Below are positions 29,165 through 38,950 of a stretch of 64,000 nucleotides of DNA, piece after piece (the first letter of the stretch is position 1; every line of letters starts with the position of its first letter). The stretch spans positions 4,528 through 68,527 of the IMG/VR virus record IMGVR_UViG_2595698332_000001; one strand, written 5' to 3'. The notes beneath the pieces are model-generated. The model was not told the DNA's origin. It ran no database searches and worked only from the letters and a program-made list of their open reading frames with translations. The position numbers were made by a program, and so were the translations under genes. Source of the DNA: a virus (Duplodnaviria > Caudoviricetes).

Positions 29165-29553
29165 TAGTTCGTGACCTCAACAGCGCCGCGGGGCCACGAG
29201 GGCATCTCGGAGACCTCCACGGCCCGCCCGTCCACGTCTTCGCCGAACTTCCGCCCGGTGTGAAGCACGGAGTCCTCGATGACGAGAGGCGTCGCGTGGT
29301 ACACGTCGCCTTCATCGAGGATGTAGATGTGGAGGTCTTCCTCGATGGCCCGCCACGCCTCTTTCTCGGGGATGACGAAGCGAGTGACCGCGGGCTGTTC
29401 GCGGACGGCGGGAAGGGTCTCGGCCTTCAGCACGAGGCAGTCGTGGCCGAGCATCACGTTGCGGCCCTCGAAGCCGAGGACGACCGCAGGGTCTACGGGG
29501 TGCGAAAGTGTCTTAGAGACCTTCAGCCGCGGCGGGACTTTCGTGGCGCTCAT
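29164..29553 (-). CDS. Hypothetical protein
   Basis: 129 aa; coupled. Confidence 0.65.
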   Translation of the reverse strand: MSATKVPPRLKVSKTLSHPVDPAVVLGFEGRNVMLGHDCLVLKAETLPAVREQPAVTRFVIPEKEAWRAIEEDLHIYILDEGDVYHATPLVIEDSVLHTGRKFGEDVDGRAVEVSEMPSWPRGAVEVTN

Positions 29554-29735
29554 GCCACCACCTCCGCGGCCTCATCGGACACCTGCTCGGCGATGACCGA
29601 CCGGAGTTCTTCGACCCGCTCGATGCTCTCGTCGTCCAGATAGAACGCGGTCTTGGGCCGGTCGGCTTCGATACAGAGGTCGAGCAGGCTCAGGAGTGCG
29701 GTACTGTCAGCGTCGTTGATTTCGATGTTGCTCAT
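29550..29735 (-). CDS. Hypothetical protein
   Basis: 61 aa acidic; preceded by the ACACAACC leader. Confidence 0.65.
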   Translation of the reverse strand: MSNIEINDADSTALLSLLDLCIEADRPKTAFYLDDESIERVEELRSVIAEQVSDEAAEVVA

Positions 29736-29827
29736 AGTTGGAAGGTTGTGTCGGCACGGATGCCGCCGCCCCGGTAGGGTCCGAGGCGGTTACGACTCCG
29801 TACAAACAAAGAAGGAAGTCGAGCGAC

Positions 29828-30583
29828 TTAATTCTTCGCGTCGAGTTTCGAGAGCGCCGAGTCGTCCACGATGTCCACGTCGATTTCGTCGCCGTGGATG
29901 GCCTCTCGGAGCCGGACGCTCAGGACGTTCGGCCCGGCGTCGTTGTCCAGCCGCACGTCCGGCTCGACCGCGGCCATCAGTTCCGCGAAGCCGAGGTCGT
30001 AGAGTTCCCGCTCGTCGCGCTCGGCCAGCGAGACGGGGGTAAACGCCCCCTCGCCTTCGCGGTTCCGCATTTTCACCCGCCGCAGGCGGATGTAGAACGG
30101 CGCGTCTACATGGAGGAGGTAGAACTCGCCGAACTCCTCGTTCAGCACCTCGTAGTCCGTGAGCGACCGCACGCCGTCGATGATGACCACTTCGGCCCGT
30201 TCCTCTCGGGCGAGGTCTGCCGTCCATTCGGGGATGGTCTCGGGGCGGTCAGCCCGCGTCACGGCGGCGAAGTCTCCAAGAGCGTCGCTGTCGCCCCGAG
30301 CCTCATCGGGTAGGTTCGCTCGGATTGCGTCGCCCATCGAGACGACCGGGGCGTGATACACGTCGCCGAGCATGTCCGCGACGTGGGACTTCCCCGCACC
30401 GGGCAGGCCGCAGAGCGCGATTGCCGTGTCACCCACGTAGTTGCCGCGCTGGCCGTCGATGGTGTCGGCGATTGCGAGGCGGCGGTCACGGGGAACGCCG
30501 TGGTCGTCGTAGTCAGACTCGGCGTTGAGTACGTCGGTGATTTGGTCGATGCTGTCGCTTCGGAGTGTGAGTTGTTCGTCCAT
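29828..30583 (-). CDS. P-loop nucleotide kinase (dephospho-CoA/NMP kinase-like)
   Basis: GLPGAGKS Walker A, SMGDAIR, IIDGVRS, R..R...R.R. Confidence 0.85.
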   Translation of the reverse strand: MDEQLTLRSDSIDQITDVLNAESDYDDHGVPRDRRLAIADTIDGQRGNYVGDTAIALCGLPGAGKSHVADMLGDVYHAPVVSMGDAIRANLPDEARGDSDALGDFAAVTRADRPETIPEWTADLAREERAEVVIIDGVRSLTDYEVLNEEFGEFYLLHVDAPFYIRLRRVKMRNREGEGAFTPVSLAERDERELYDLGFAELMAAVEPDVRLDNDAGPNVLSVRLREAIHGDEIDVDIVDDSALSKLDAKN

Positions 30584-30741
30584 TAGGGTCGTGCCTCTTG
30601 GAGGCGGTCGAGGAGTTCGTTGTAGTAGTCGCGCGTTTCGTCGGTCGTCGGGGCGTTGATGTGATAGCCTTCGGAGAGTGCTTCGACCATCTCCTCGATG
30701 TGGTCGAGGTCTTCCGAGTGCATCACGAGCGGTTCTCTCAT
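30583..30741 (-). CDS. Small hypothetical protein, 52 aa
   Basis: MREPLVMHSEDLDHIEEMVEALSEG...; coupled on both sides. Confidence 0.55.
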   Translation of the reverse strand: MREPLVMHSEDLDHIEEMVEALSEGYHINAPTTDETRDYYNELLDRLQEARP

Positions 30742-30845
30742 AGCAGTCGGTTCAGCAGGCTTCGTATCCCGATGAGGCCGCCGAGAAGGACGAGGGCGAC
30801 CAGCAGGGCTACGAATAGGAGTGCGTGTCGGATTGGGGTCAGCAT
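30738..30845 (-). CDS. Small membrane protein, 35 aa
   Basis: MLTPIRHALLFVALLVALVLLGGLIGIRSLLNRLL. Confidence 0.55.
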   Translation of the reverse strand: MLTPIRHALLFVALLVALVLLGGLIGIRSLLNRLL

Positions 30846-30849
30846 AGGT

Positions 30850-31299
30850 TCAGTAGAACGGGTCGAGGCCGTACATCTCGACGTAACGGTCGGCGTGAAG
30901 CCACAGCAGGTCGTGGGGGTCAGCGAGCGGTCTCGCCATCCTGACCCGCTGGAACGCTTCTTCGGTGGACAGGTCTTCGGTCACTGCGAGGGCCGCCGTG
31001 GCGACCGCGACGGAGCGAGAAACGCCAGCGTGGCAGTGAACGAGGACGGTATCCCCCACGGTCAGCCCGGCAACCACGCGGTCGGTGGCTTGCTCGAACA
31101 TCTCGAACGACGAGTCGCCGGGGACGTGCCCCGACTCCACGCCGTCGGCCATACAGAAGAAGTCGTAGTGAACTCCCTCGGGGAGGTTGTCCTCTACGGA
31201 GTCCTGACAGACCGTGACAACGTGGTCGATGACATCCAGCGAGCGTTCTCGAACGCTCTGGATGTCCGTAACGTACAGCCGCTCGGTGATGGGGTTCAC
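30850..31299 (-). CDS. Dual-specificity protein phosphatase
   Basis: VLVHCHAGVSRS (HCx5R) and R...DP motifs. Confidence 0.9.
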   Translation of the reverse strand: MNPITERLYVTDIQSVRERSLDVIDHVVTVCQDSVEDNLPEGVHYDFFCMADGVESGHVPGDSSFEMFEQATDRVVAGLTVGDTVLVHCHAGVSRSVAVATAALAVTEDLSTEEAFQRVRMARPLADPHDLLWLHADRYVEMYGLDPFY

Positions 31300-32339
31300 T
31301 GTCCGTAGGTCGAAGGACAGATGTTATAGAAGTGACAGTTCCCCGAGGAGTAGTTACACAGCGGTTGTTCTTCGTGGGGGTAGTTCTCCGGCGGGCCGTT
31401 GCCTTCCACGTCCGGCTCGCGTTGCATCCCGATGACGGCCCGCTTGATGAGACGCCGCCGGTCTTTGTTCGGGTACGGACTCACAACGAGTTCGTCGTCG
31501 CCGGGGTAGTACCCCGCCACGGCGTCCACGTCGTAGAAGTTCTCGAACAGCCAGCCGTAGTATTCCCCTTCGAGGTAGATGCCCTCGTTGAGGATTTGTT
31601 CGAGCATCCCGTGGTCTTTGTACCGCACCGTGGGGGCGCTCCCGGTCTTGTAGTCGATGATGGTGACGCCGTTGCCCTCGACCCCCGGAAGGCTCTGCGT
31701 CTTCACGATGAGGTCGGCACGCCCCATCCACGGCGCGTCGCCGACGGGCGGCTCACCGGATACGTAGTCGGGTTCGCCGTTCGCCTCGACCCACGACTCC
31801 GGCGGCTCGCCGAGCCACGCTTCGGCCTCGACCTCGACGGGGGTCCAGTTTTCCATCGCGCCTTCGTAGACGCTCGCTACCGGACCCCGCTCATCCAGTG
31901 CGCTACTATAGGCTTCACGCCAACGCCGTTCCTCGAAGACGAAGAACGCCCCCACTTGGTCGAGCCACTGCGAGTAGTTGCGCCAGTGGGGGAGCAGGTC
32001 GGTGAAGCGGTCGGGCCGGGAGTCGTTCACTTCCAGATAGTCGAACAGATTGAGGTGGAACTTCTCGAAGGTCTCGTGGAGCCGCGACCCCTTCTCGGTG
32101 TAGTACGAGCCGGGGCCGCGTTCACCACACCAGTATTTCCAGTAGAACTTCGCAGGACACTGGACGAACGTCTTGATGCGTGACTTCGAGATGTACGGCA
32201 TCCCGCCCTCGGCGACCTCGGGCATGATTTCGAGCGTCGTCCCCGGCTCGATGCCCGGAAGGGCCTCGGCTTTGGACGGCTTTGCTCGTGTCGTTGCCTC
32301 GCCGTCTTTCGTCGCGTCGTGAGAGTTGTATCTACTCAT
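31296..32339 (-). CDS. Cas4/RecB-like PD-(D/E)XK exonuclease
   Basis: SKSRI...CP.KFY, G..LH, GRADL, IIDYKTG; C-terminal three-Cys cluster. Confidence 0.85.
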   Translation of the reverse strand: MSRYNSHDATKDGEATTRAKPSKAEALPGIEPGTTLEIMPEVAEGGMPYISKSRIKTFVQCPAKFYWKYWCGERGPGSYYTEKGSRLHETFEKFHLNLFDYLEVNDSRPDRFTDLLPHWRNYSQWLDQVGAFFVFEERRWREAYSSALDERGPVASVYEGAMENWTPVEVEAEAWLGEPPESWVEANGEPDYVSGEPPVGDAPWMGRADLIVKTQSLPGVEGNGVTIIDYKTGSAPTVRYKDHGMLEQILNEGIYLEGEYYGWLFENFYDVDAVAGYYPGDDELVVSPYPNKDRRRLIKRAVIGMQREPDVEGNGPPENYPHEEQPLCNYSSGNCHFYNICPSTYGQ

Positions 32340-32535
32340 CTTCTTCGAGCCTCTTTTCGAGTTCTGCGACGTGTTCGGTGATTTCCAGTGCGTGAGCGAG
32401 GTAACGCCGCCCGCTCGCCGTCTCTGTGGTTCGGAACTCGATGACCGTCCGGTCTTTCGAGGCCGCTTCGGCGAGGATTTCGCTCAGTGCGTTCTTGAAC
32501 GTCGGCGGAAGACCGACCTTTTCGTCATCAGCCAT
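32332..32535 (-). CDS. Hypothetical protein
   Basis: 67 aa; coupled. Confidence 0.6.
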   Translation of the reverse strand: MADDEKVGLPPTFKNALSEILAEAASKDRTVIEFRTTETASGRRYLAHALEITEHVAELEKRLEEDE

Positions 32536-32692
32536 CTACCCGCTCTCCCCGGAAGAACTGCTCTGCTTGCCGGGCGCGGATGCTCCGGGGGTCGAACTCG
32601 CCGACTTCATCGAGGACTTGCTGGTTGCGCTCGATTTCTGCTTCGATACGCCGCTCGATTTCACGAATTTGGGAGTCGAGGTCATCGCTCAT
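32528..32692 (-). CDS. Small hypothetical protein, 54 aa
   Basis: MSDDLDSQIREIERRIEAEIERNQQ...; fills operon gap. Confidence 0.55.
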   Translation of the reverse strand: MSDDLDSQIREIERRIEAEIERNQQVLDEVGEFDPRSIRARQAEQFFRGERVDG

Positions 32693-32900
32693 CCGTGTCC
32701 GTTAGTTGTTCGACTCGGCCCATTACTGTATCGAGGTCGTCGGCATCGAGTTCCAGAACGAGTTGGAACCGTCGAAACTCTCGCGGTGTGTCTTCGTGTT
32801 CAGAGACTACCGCGTTTAGGTCTTCGAGCAGGCTCATCGGGTTGTCCTGCTGTTCTACGAGCGTTTCGGCGACGCTTTCTAAGACGATTGTGTCGTACAT
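32682..32900 (-). CDS. Hypothetical protein, 72 aa
   Basis: Start re-assigned to MYDTIV (TGATG coupling). Confidence 0.55.
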   Translation of the reverse strand: MYDTIVLESVAETLVEQQDNPMSLLEDLNAVVSEHEDTPREFRRFQLVLELDADDLDTVMGRVEQLTDTDER

Positions 32901-33046
32901 CAGTTTATGGTCTGTCGGGATGCTTGGCGGCGGGAGCGTTCCTCGTGGAACCACTCGTTCTTCTGCTCGGGGGTCATCAGTCCCCACCCTTTCGGGAAGT
33001 CGTAGTCGGTGCTGTTCGGTTTGGCTTCCGGTTCTTCAGGTTCCAT
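32900..33046 (-). CDS. Small hypothetical protein, 48 aa
   Basis: MEPEEPEAKPNSTDYDFPKGWGLMTPEQKNEWFHEERSRRQASRQTIN. Confidence 0.5.
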   Translation of the reverse strand: MEPEEPEAKPNSTDYDFPKGWGLMTPEQKNEWFHEERSRRQASRQTIN

Positions 33047-33449
33047 CTGCGAAGTCTCCGTAGTCCATCGCCGCGTACTGCTCGGCGATTTCAGTGTGCA
33101 TCGCGGCGTATGGCACGTCGTCGGTGTGCGTCTCTGCGATGGCTTCGTCCACCAGCAGTTCGTCGGCGACGAACCAACCGTTGAAGGTTCGTATCATCTT
33201 GTCCAGTCGCCGCGTGAACAGCCCGAGGGAGTTCATCGTGTATTCGTTCACCGGGATGGTGAGTTCGTCTACGCCCTGATGCTGGAGCCACAGGGCCATC
33301 GTCTTCCCGGCGAGTTTCCACGAGTCGCCGTAGTCGGCGTTCTTTCGCTTGTAGAGGTCGGTCGAGTCGCCGAGAACGGTCACGGCATCTCTCGCGGTGG
33401 CGTTTTCGATGTGTTCCGTCTCAACGAGTTGGCTGTTTCCTTCGTTCAT
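33036..33449 (-). CDS. DUF1599 / nucleotide-modification-associated domain 1-like protein
   Basis: KRKNADYGDSW...RRLDKMIR...E...D...Y pattern. Confidence 0.65.
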   Translation of the reverse strand: MNEGNSQLVETEHIENATARDAVTVLGDSTDLYKRKNADYGDSWKLAGKTMALWLQHQGVDELTIPVNEYTMNSLGLFTRRLDKMIRTFNGWFVADELLVDEAIAETHTDDVPYAAMHTEIAEQYAAMDYGDFADGT

Positions 33450-33450
33450 G

Positions 33451-33792
33451 TTAGTCGGTTTGACTGTCAGGTGATTCATTACCGTGTTCGATTCCGATGA
33501 GGTGTCCGAGACGGAGCATCTTCGGCGACAGCGCCGTGAACTCCAGCCGCACCTTCTCGACCATCGGCGGGAGTTTGACCGCCGTGATTTCCTCGTAGGT
33601 GCGAAGGTCGCCGTCAGGACTTTCGAGTGTAACTCGACCACTGCCCACGTCGGTTACTGCGGTCACGCGACCGAGCAACTTCTGCCCGTCCATCGCTGGA
33701 CGAGAGTAGGGCGGGTGGACGAACAATTCGCCTTCGTACATTTCTACGACCGACTCACCGCGAGTGGTCGTGCGTTCTGTTCGGACTTTCAT
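33451..33792 (-). CDS. Hypothetical protein
   Basis: 113 aa; preceded by the leader motif. Confidence 0.6.
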   Translation of the reverse strand: MKVRTERTTTRGESVVEMYEGELFVHPPYSRPAMDGQKLLGRVTAVTDVGSGRVTLESPDGDLRTYEEITAVKLPPMVEKVRLEFTALSPKMLRLGHLIGIEHGNESPDSQTD

Positions 33793-33880
33793 GGTTGTGT
33801 CCCGCGGTTCCGGCTTTCATCGAGGCTCGGGAGACCTCTATTTTCAAACTCGTGGCCGGGTGCGAAAAAGAGCGGTTAGG

Positions 33881-34261
33881 CTACGCTTCGTCGTCGTAGT
33901 AGCCGGAATACTTACCGTCGCGGTCGCCGAGGAGTTCGTCGTCTCCTCGCTTGATGCGGAGGTAGATGCCGAAGGCGGTGCGCTTCAGTTCTTGAAGGAT
34001 TTGAACTACGTCGTCGTTTCCAGCGACCTCGTGTTCGATGATGGCCTCATCGAGATACTGGCTGTATGCCAGTGCGCCGTTCTTGTAGGACTCGATTTCC
34101 TCGTGTCCGACCACGAGGTCAGCGGCGACTTCAGCGAGCGTCGCGGTTTCACCGTCCGGCGTGTCGATTTCAGTCGAGGTCAACACCTCGCTGATTTCGT
34201 CTTCGGCGAGTTCTTCGAGAGACAGGTCTTCGTTCGGGTTTGGAGAGGGTGCTTGGCTCAT
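33881..34261 (-). CDS. Hypothetical protein
   Basis: 126 aa from MSQAPSP; acidic. Confidence 0.65.
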   Translation of the reverse strand: MSQAPSPNPNEDLSLEELAEDEISEVLTSTEIDTPDGETATLAEVAADLVVGHEEIESYKNGALAYSQYLDEAIIEHEVAGNDDVVQILQELKRTAFGIYLRIKRGDDELLGDRDGKYSGYYDDEA

Positions 34262-34262
34262 G

Positions 34263-34589
34263 TTAATTGTCGTTTGAGCCGCTGTCAACGCGGCCAGCAG
34301 ATTTGGCGTCCGTGAGGATTGGCGAACCGTCGCTCGTTCGGGGAACACCGTCCTCGGAGAGGATGATGCCGCAGTCTTCACAGACGGGTTCTTTCTCGTC
34401 AATATACCGGCCTTCTTGCCCGCAGTCAGGACAGCAGAGCGTGGTATATTCAACGTGCTTGTCAACTATGTATCCCAGTGGCGTGGTAGTCAGCACAGGA
34501 ACGCCTACCTCGTAATACTGAGTGTGGGGGTGGTCGGAGATAGTGAACGTATCTGCCCGAGTCCCCACCCGGGATGTGTTTTCGACCAT
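34263..34589 (-). CDS. Zn-ribbon protein (TFIIB-like ribbon)
   Basis: CPDCG...VCEDCGIIL. Confidence 0.65.
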   Translation of the reverse strand: MVENTSRVGTRADTFTISDHPHTQYYEVGVPVLTTTPLGYIVDKHVEYTTLCCPDCGQEGRYIDEKEPVCEDCGIILSEDGVPRTSDGSPILTDAKSAGRVDSGSNDN

Positions 34590-34695
34590 GTGTTTTCCTG
34601 TTAGGTTCCGGTTAGTAGTCAGAAGGGTCGATGCTTAATTCTTTCGAGCATCGGTTAAGAGCGTCTTACTTTTTCTCTAAGGCGCTCTTAACTGA

Positions 34696-35958
34696 TTACT
34701 GAAAGTCGATGGGGTAGAGCCAAGTCACGGGCCTCTCGTCGGAGACACCGTGAACCGTAGCGGCGGGTTCGGACCACGCCGCCAACCCCTCCTCGAAGTC
34801 GTCAGGCGGGCAGATGCTCCCGCTCATCAGCACCGGCTTCGAGTCGATGTGTTCGAGCCGGAACTCGTGGTAGTGACCCCGGTAGCCGATGTCGGCTTTG
34901 TGCCGGTCGTGCATCCAGTGCCGCCACTTGTTTTGACCCGATGAGGTGCCGATGTGGAACAGGGACTTCTGACCGTGGCGAAGGTGCCCACGGTGCCCCG
35001 TCTGGTACTCCGGCGGGAGGTCGCTCACCGAGTCGAGTCCCAGTGCGTCGGCCCGCCGCTGGTCTTCCTGCTCATCGACTCGCATCCTGAAGTTCGTGTA
35101 GTAGCCGCCGCCACGACGCCAAATCAGCGAGATGTTGTCGTAGCCGCGGTCGAGGATGCGCTTTTCGAGCATCATGTAGCAGATGTCGTCGGCGTTCGCG
35201 TCCGGCGACATACCATCGCCGCGAAGTTCCCCGTGGTTGCCCCGCTGACAGACGATTTGGACGTGGGGGAACTCGTCGCTTGCCCGGTCGATGAACTCGG
35301 TGTAGAGGTCCACCCACAGGCTGATTTGTTCCACAAGGTCCAGTTCAGTTTCCCACGGCTGATTGCCGTGGATGCCCTCACCGTGTACGCCGTCGCCGCC
35401 GAGCAGGAGGTGGAACGTATCGAAGTTCACTCCGGCGGCTTCTTGGCGCTCCTTCAGGCGGAACGTGCGGTCGTTCACCGCCCGCACTCGTTGGGCGAAG
35501 ATTTCCGCGTCGTAGGCGTTTTCCTCTCCGTCGTTGACGTACCACGCCCCGGCGTGGTCATCGGAACGATGCACCACCATGTCCTCGTGGGAGTCACGAG
35601 CCGGTGGTGGACTGTCGGGGATGACTGCTCGACCCGTGAGGTCTTCGGCCAGCCAGTCACGAAGTTCGTTCAGGATTTCTCGCTTGCTCTTGGTGTGAGA
35701 CGCCTTCGAGGACATCGGCGCGGGACGCCGACGTTCCAGCGACTCTTGGGTTTCTTCTGAGCGGTAGATGAGTTTCGCACCGTTCTCTCCTGTGTCTTCA
35801 CCGAGCGGAATACCCGTTCGGCGGATGGCGGCTACGTGGTCTCTCGCTGTGGACTCGCTGATGTTCAGAATTTCGGCGAGTTCGGCATAGGTAGTCGGCT
35901 CATCCAGCAGAGTAAGTACGTTCTGTTCGGATTCTCTAAGTTCGGCGATAGTTCGCAT
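34696..35958 (-). CDS. HTH plus calcineurin-like metallophosphoesterase
   Basis: N-terminal YAELAEILNISESTARDHV; SDDH, GDGVHG, GNHG, HG and GHYH motifs. Confidence 0.85.
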   Translation of the reverse strand: MRTIAELRESEQNVLTLLDEPTTYAELAEILNISESTARDHVAAIRRTGIPLGEDTGENGAKLIYRSEETQESLERRRPAPMSSKASHTKSKREILNELRDWLAEDLTGRAVIPDSPPPARDSHEDMVVHRSDDHAGAWYVNDGEENAYDAEIFAQRVRAVNDRTFRLKERQEAAGVNFDTFHLLLGGDGVHGEGIHGNQPWETELDLVEQISLWVDLYTEFIDRASDEFPHVQIVCQRGNHGELRGDGMSPDANADDICYMMLEKRILDRGYDNISLIWRRGGGYYTNFRMRVDEQEDQRRADALGLDSVSDLPPEYQTGHRGHLRHGQKSLFHIGTSSGQNKWRHWMHDRHKADIGYRGHYHEFRLEHIDSKPVLMSGSICPPDDFEEGLAAWSEPAATVHGVSDERPVTWLYPIDFQ

Positions 35959-36021
35959 GAAGTCGGATGTAAGGGTGGAGGTAGCGCCTGTTCAGAAAAG
36001 GCGCAACGGGGGAAGGGACAG

Positions 36022-37284
36022 TTACCGCGCGGTTCGTCGGTGAAGTTGGATGTCGTCGTTTCGGGAGTAGACGCCGCACTCCGAACCGAGACAGAACTCC
36101 TCTGCTCTGCCTCGAACCGGCTGACCGTCTTGGTCATAGCCGCCAGCGATGTTCTCGCAGTTGAACTCTTTGAATCCCCGACCGATGAGGTCGGTGATGA
36201 GTTCTTCCGTGTAGTCTTCGCTGTAGCCGGGTATGACCTCGAAGAACTCGTGCATCACCTCGATGGGAACGCCCATGTCGATGAATCGGCCCATGATGGA
36301 GAGTTCCATCATACGGGACTGTTGGCCGTGTTCGTAGGCGTCTTCACGCTCTCGGAAGGCGCGGATGCACGGCTTGTTTCCCGTGATGAGCGGGTCGAGT
36401 AGGTCTTCGAGTTCGATGTTGTCGTTCGCGTTCTCGCGGTAGTTCTTGACCGCTTTCGGGTCGTACCGCGAGATTGAGCCGGAGCGCGACGAACTCACCG
36501 AGGCCGTCCGTATCTTTTGGATGACCTGCCGCCCGGCGCGCTCTGATGGGTTTCGTTCCATCTCCGGCGTCATCGGACGTGGGCGCTTCGTGAGTTCGAG
36601 GTAGTCGTCTACCGTGATTTCAGACAGTTCTTCGATGGTGACGGGAACACACCAGCGGTCTACGTCGTCGTAGGCCGCGCCGTGGTGTCGCGTGTTCGGA
36701 TGCCGGGCGAGCCGGGCGAGGTCCGAAGCGTCCACGTCAACCCACGGGAGGATGTTCACGCCGCCAGCCATCGAATCTATCCAGTCCACGACTTCTTCGC
36801 CGTAGGACCGGAGGCCGTTTTTGAACTGCTGGAACTCCCCTTCTTCGGGGGAGATGGGCGGGAAGTCGAGGTACAGATGGATGCCTTTGTGGCCCGACAA
36901 GACAGCCCGGAAGTGCTGTGCGGCGTCGGACTCGATGAGCGCCGAGGCTATCATCCGCGCTCGGGCGAGCAGTGCGCTGATGGCACGCCGCCAGTCCTCG
37001 AAGTCCGTGTTCCCCCGGTTGGGGTCGTACTTTCCATCGGCCACGTCGAGGTCGATGAAGATACAGTCAACGCGGGGGATGTTCTCGTGCATCGGGTGGC
37101 CCCACGGGAACGAGTAGACGGAGTAGTACCCCGGCATCCCGCCTTCGGAGGCCGCTTTCAGTCCCGCGACGAACTCGGCGCGGTTGTCCCTCCGGGCTTG
37201 GATTGTCCCATCATCGGAGCCGCGTCGTGGGAAGTCCGGGCCGTACACCTTCGAGGCGTCCCACAGTGACTTTTCCCAGTTCAT
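36022..37284 (-). CDS. Archaeo-eukaryotic primase
   Basis: IFIDLD, SGHKGIHLY, RLARHPNT; C-terminal Cys cluster (PCI...NCENI...C...C). Confidence 0.85.
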   Translation of the reverse strand: MNWEKSLWDASKVYGPDFPRRGSDDGTIQARRDNRAEFVAGLKAASEGGMPGYYSVYSFPWGHPMHENIPRVDCIFIDLDVADGKYDPNRGNTDFEDWRRAISALLARARMIASALIESDAAQHFRAVLSGHKGIHLYLDFPPISPEEGEFQQFKNGLRSYGEEVVDWIDSMAGGVNILPWVDVDASDLARLARHPNTRHHGAAYDDVDRWCVPVTIEELSEITVDDYLELTKRPRPMTPEMERNPSERAGRQVIQKIRTASVSSSRSGSISRYDPKAVKNYRENANDNIELEDLLDPLITGNKPCIRAFREREDAYEHGQQSRMMELSIMGRFIDMGVPIEVMHEFFEVIPGYSEDYTEELITDLIGRGFKEFNCENIAGGYDQDGQPVRGRAEEFCLGSECGVYSRNDDIQLHRRTAR

Positions 37285-37472
37285 GCTTCGAGTTCGGCTT
37301 GGTGTTCGCGTTTCCGCTTTTCGAGTTTCTTTTCCTCGTGAACTGCGAGTTGGCCTTCAGAGTGCTTGGAGTGGAACGCGGTACACCCCGAGCGCCAGCA
37401 GACCGGGCAGAGGTTGTGTTCCTGTGCCCAATCGGGTTCCATCGGTCGGTTACAGCAGGCGCAGATGCTCAT
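37281..37472 (-). CDS. Zn-finger protein
   Basis: CACC...CPVC; coupled. Confidence 0.6.
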   Translation of the reverse strand: MSICACCNRPMEPDWAQEHNLCPVCWRSGCTAFHSKHSEGQLAVHEEKKLEKRKREHQAELEA

Positions 37473-38950
37473 GTGAAGGAAGCCAGCCCTCCGTCATCGT
37501 TGCCCGCGTCAGGCTCATCGTCGTCGTTGTCGAAGACTTGCGAGTCCATTTCGTCGGCCAGTTGTTCCTCTTTCTGCTGGAGTTCGTTCGCCGTGGCTTC
37601 GGTCAGGTTGACCGTCTCTCCGGTGAAGGGGTGCGTAACGAGCAGACCCTCACCCTCACAGAAGCGGTCGATGTACTGGTCGCCAATTTTGCCGGGCAGG
37701 GCTTCTGCCGCGGTCTCCTTCGTGGTCTCCACGACCTGCGACCAGTCGAGGTCCACGTACCGCCGCGCCTTCGAGGCGAACGGCGTCGCGGAGTAGACGA
37801 CGGGGGAGCCGGACTTGTCGGGCCGGACGTACCCTTTGTACTGCATGTCGTCCATCGCAGAGCGCACGTCGGGCGTCGTGATGTTGTAGCCCCGCGAGCG
37901 CATCTCCATCTGAAGTTCGTCCGCGCTCAGGGCCTCATCGGGCCGATTACGCAGGATGGATAGCAACTCGAAGTGCTTGTCGCGGAGGTTCAGCGCCGAC
38001 AGCACCATCGTCTCGCCGAACACCCGCATCGCCAGCCACGCATCGGCGGGCGTCACGAGCATCGTGACCATCCCCTGCGCGGCGTCGCCCATCAGTTTGT
38101 TCGGCACTTCGAGGCGGTTGTTGTAGTGGAACAACGTGACCGCTTCCATGAAGTTGAGGAGCCGCGGGAAGTCACGGCGAGCCTCAGTGAAGTGCTGTGG
38201 GAGCGGGTTCTGCTCGTCTATCGCAACCGCGACCGGGTTGAGCATCCCGCCCGAGCCGCCGTCGCCGTAGGTAGACGTGGGGATGGAGTCCACGTAGTTG
38301 CGGATTTCCTCGGTGCGCTCCGGGGTGAGGTTGTCCTCGATGAGGCCCGCCTCTTGCTTCGCCTGTCGGGTGTTGACCTTCTCGGTGAGTTCCTGCGAGT
38401 CGTCAATCGGAACGACCAGCGCGCGGTTCCGAACCTCGGCGTAGTCGTTCAGGTTGACCTGCTGGTTGTCCTCGGCGAGGAACAGCACCATACAGTTCGG
38501 CGGGTGGAGCGTCTGCGAGCGGCTGTGTCGCTCCTGCCCGATGACTTCAGTCCACGAGTGGGTGATGGACTTGCCCTCACCGTGCGCCTTCCACACGTCT
38601 TCGAGGAACTGCTTGTCGCGCAGGCTCGAAATGTCCATGTGGACGTGGACGGGCTTCGAGTTCACGACCTCGTGGTCGGAGTAGAGTTGCGTCTTCGAGA
38701 GCGAAGTCGAGACCTGATACACCCAGTCAGAGTCTTCGGCTTCTTCCGCACCGCCCGGCGTACAGTACGCCGCGGAGTTGACCACGGCGTTCTTGCCGCC
38801 GGATGAGAGGCCCGTCATGATGACGAACCCGCCTTTGATGAACGAGAGGAACAGGACGAGGTGAGTCTGTTCTTCACCTTCGAGGCCCCAATCCTCTTTC
38901 ATTTTCGATACTTCGTACAACGTCGGAGTCCTGATGCTATCTATGTCCAT
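37469..38950 (-). CDS. AAA+ replicative helicase-like protein
   Basis: GLSSGGKN Walker A, EVRNR, RRDFPRLL; C-terminal winged helix; adjacent to primase. Confidence 0.7.
   Translation of the reverse strand: MDIDSIRTPTLYEVSKMKEDWGLEGEEQTHLVLFLSFIKGGFVIMTGLSSGGKNAVVNSAAYCTPGGAEEAEDSDWVYQVSTSLSKTQLYSDHEVVNSKPVHVHMDISSLRDKQFLEDVWKAHGEGKSITHSWTEVIGQERHSRSQTLHPPNCMVLFLAEDNQQVNLNDYAEVRNRALVVPIDDSQELTEKVNTRQAKQEAGLIEDNLTPERTEEIRNYVDSIPTSTYGDGGSGGMLNPVAVAIDEQNPLPQHFTEARRDFPRLLNFMEAVTLFHYNNRLEVPNKLMGDAAQGMVTMLVTPADAWLAMRVFGETMVLSALNLRDKHFELLSILRNRPDEALSADELQMEMRSRGYNITTPDVRSAMDDMQYKGYVRPDKSGSPVVYSATPFASKARRYVDLDWSQVVETTKETAAEALPGKIGDQYIDRFCEGEGLLVTHPFTGETVNLTEATANELQQKEEQLADEMDSQVFDNDDDEPDAGNDDGGLASFT

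Noticed and set aside
31296-32339. CRISPR-Cas system suggested by a Cas4-like gene
   Set aside because: No repeat-spacer array or other cas genes seen; solo Cas4-like nucleases are common in archaeal viruses
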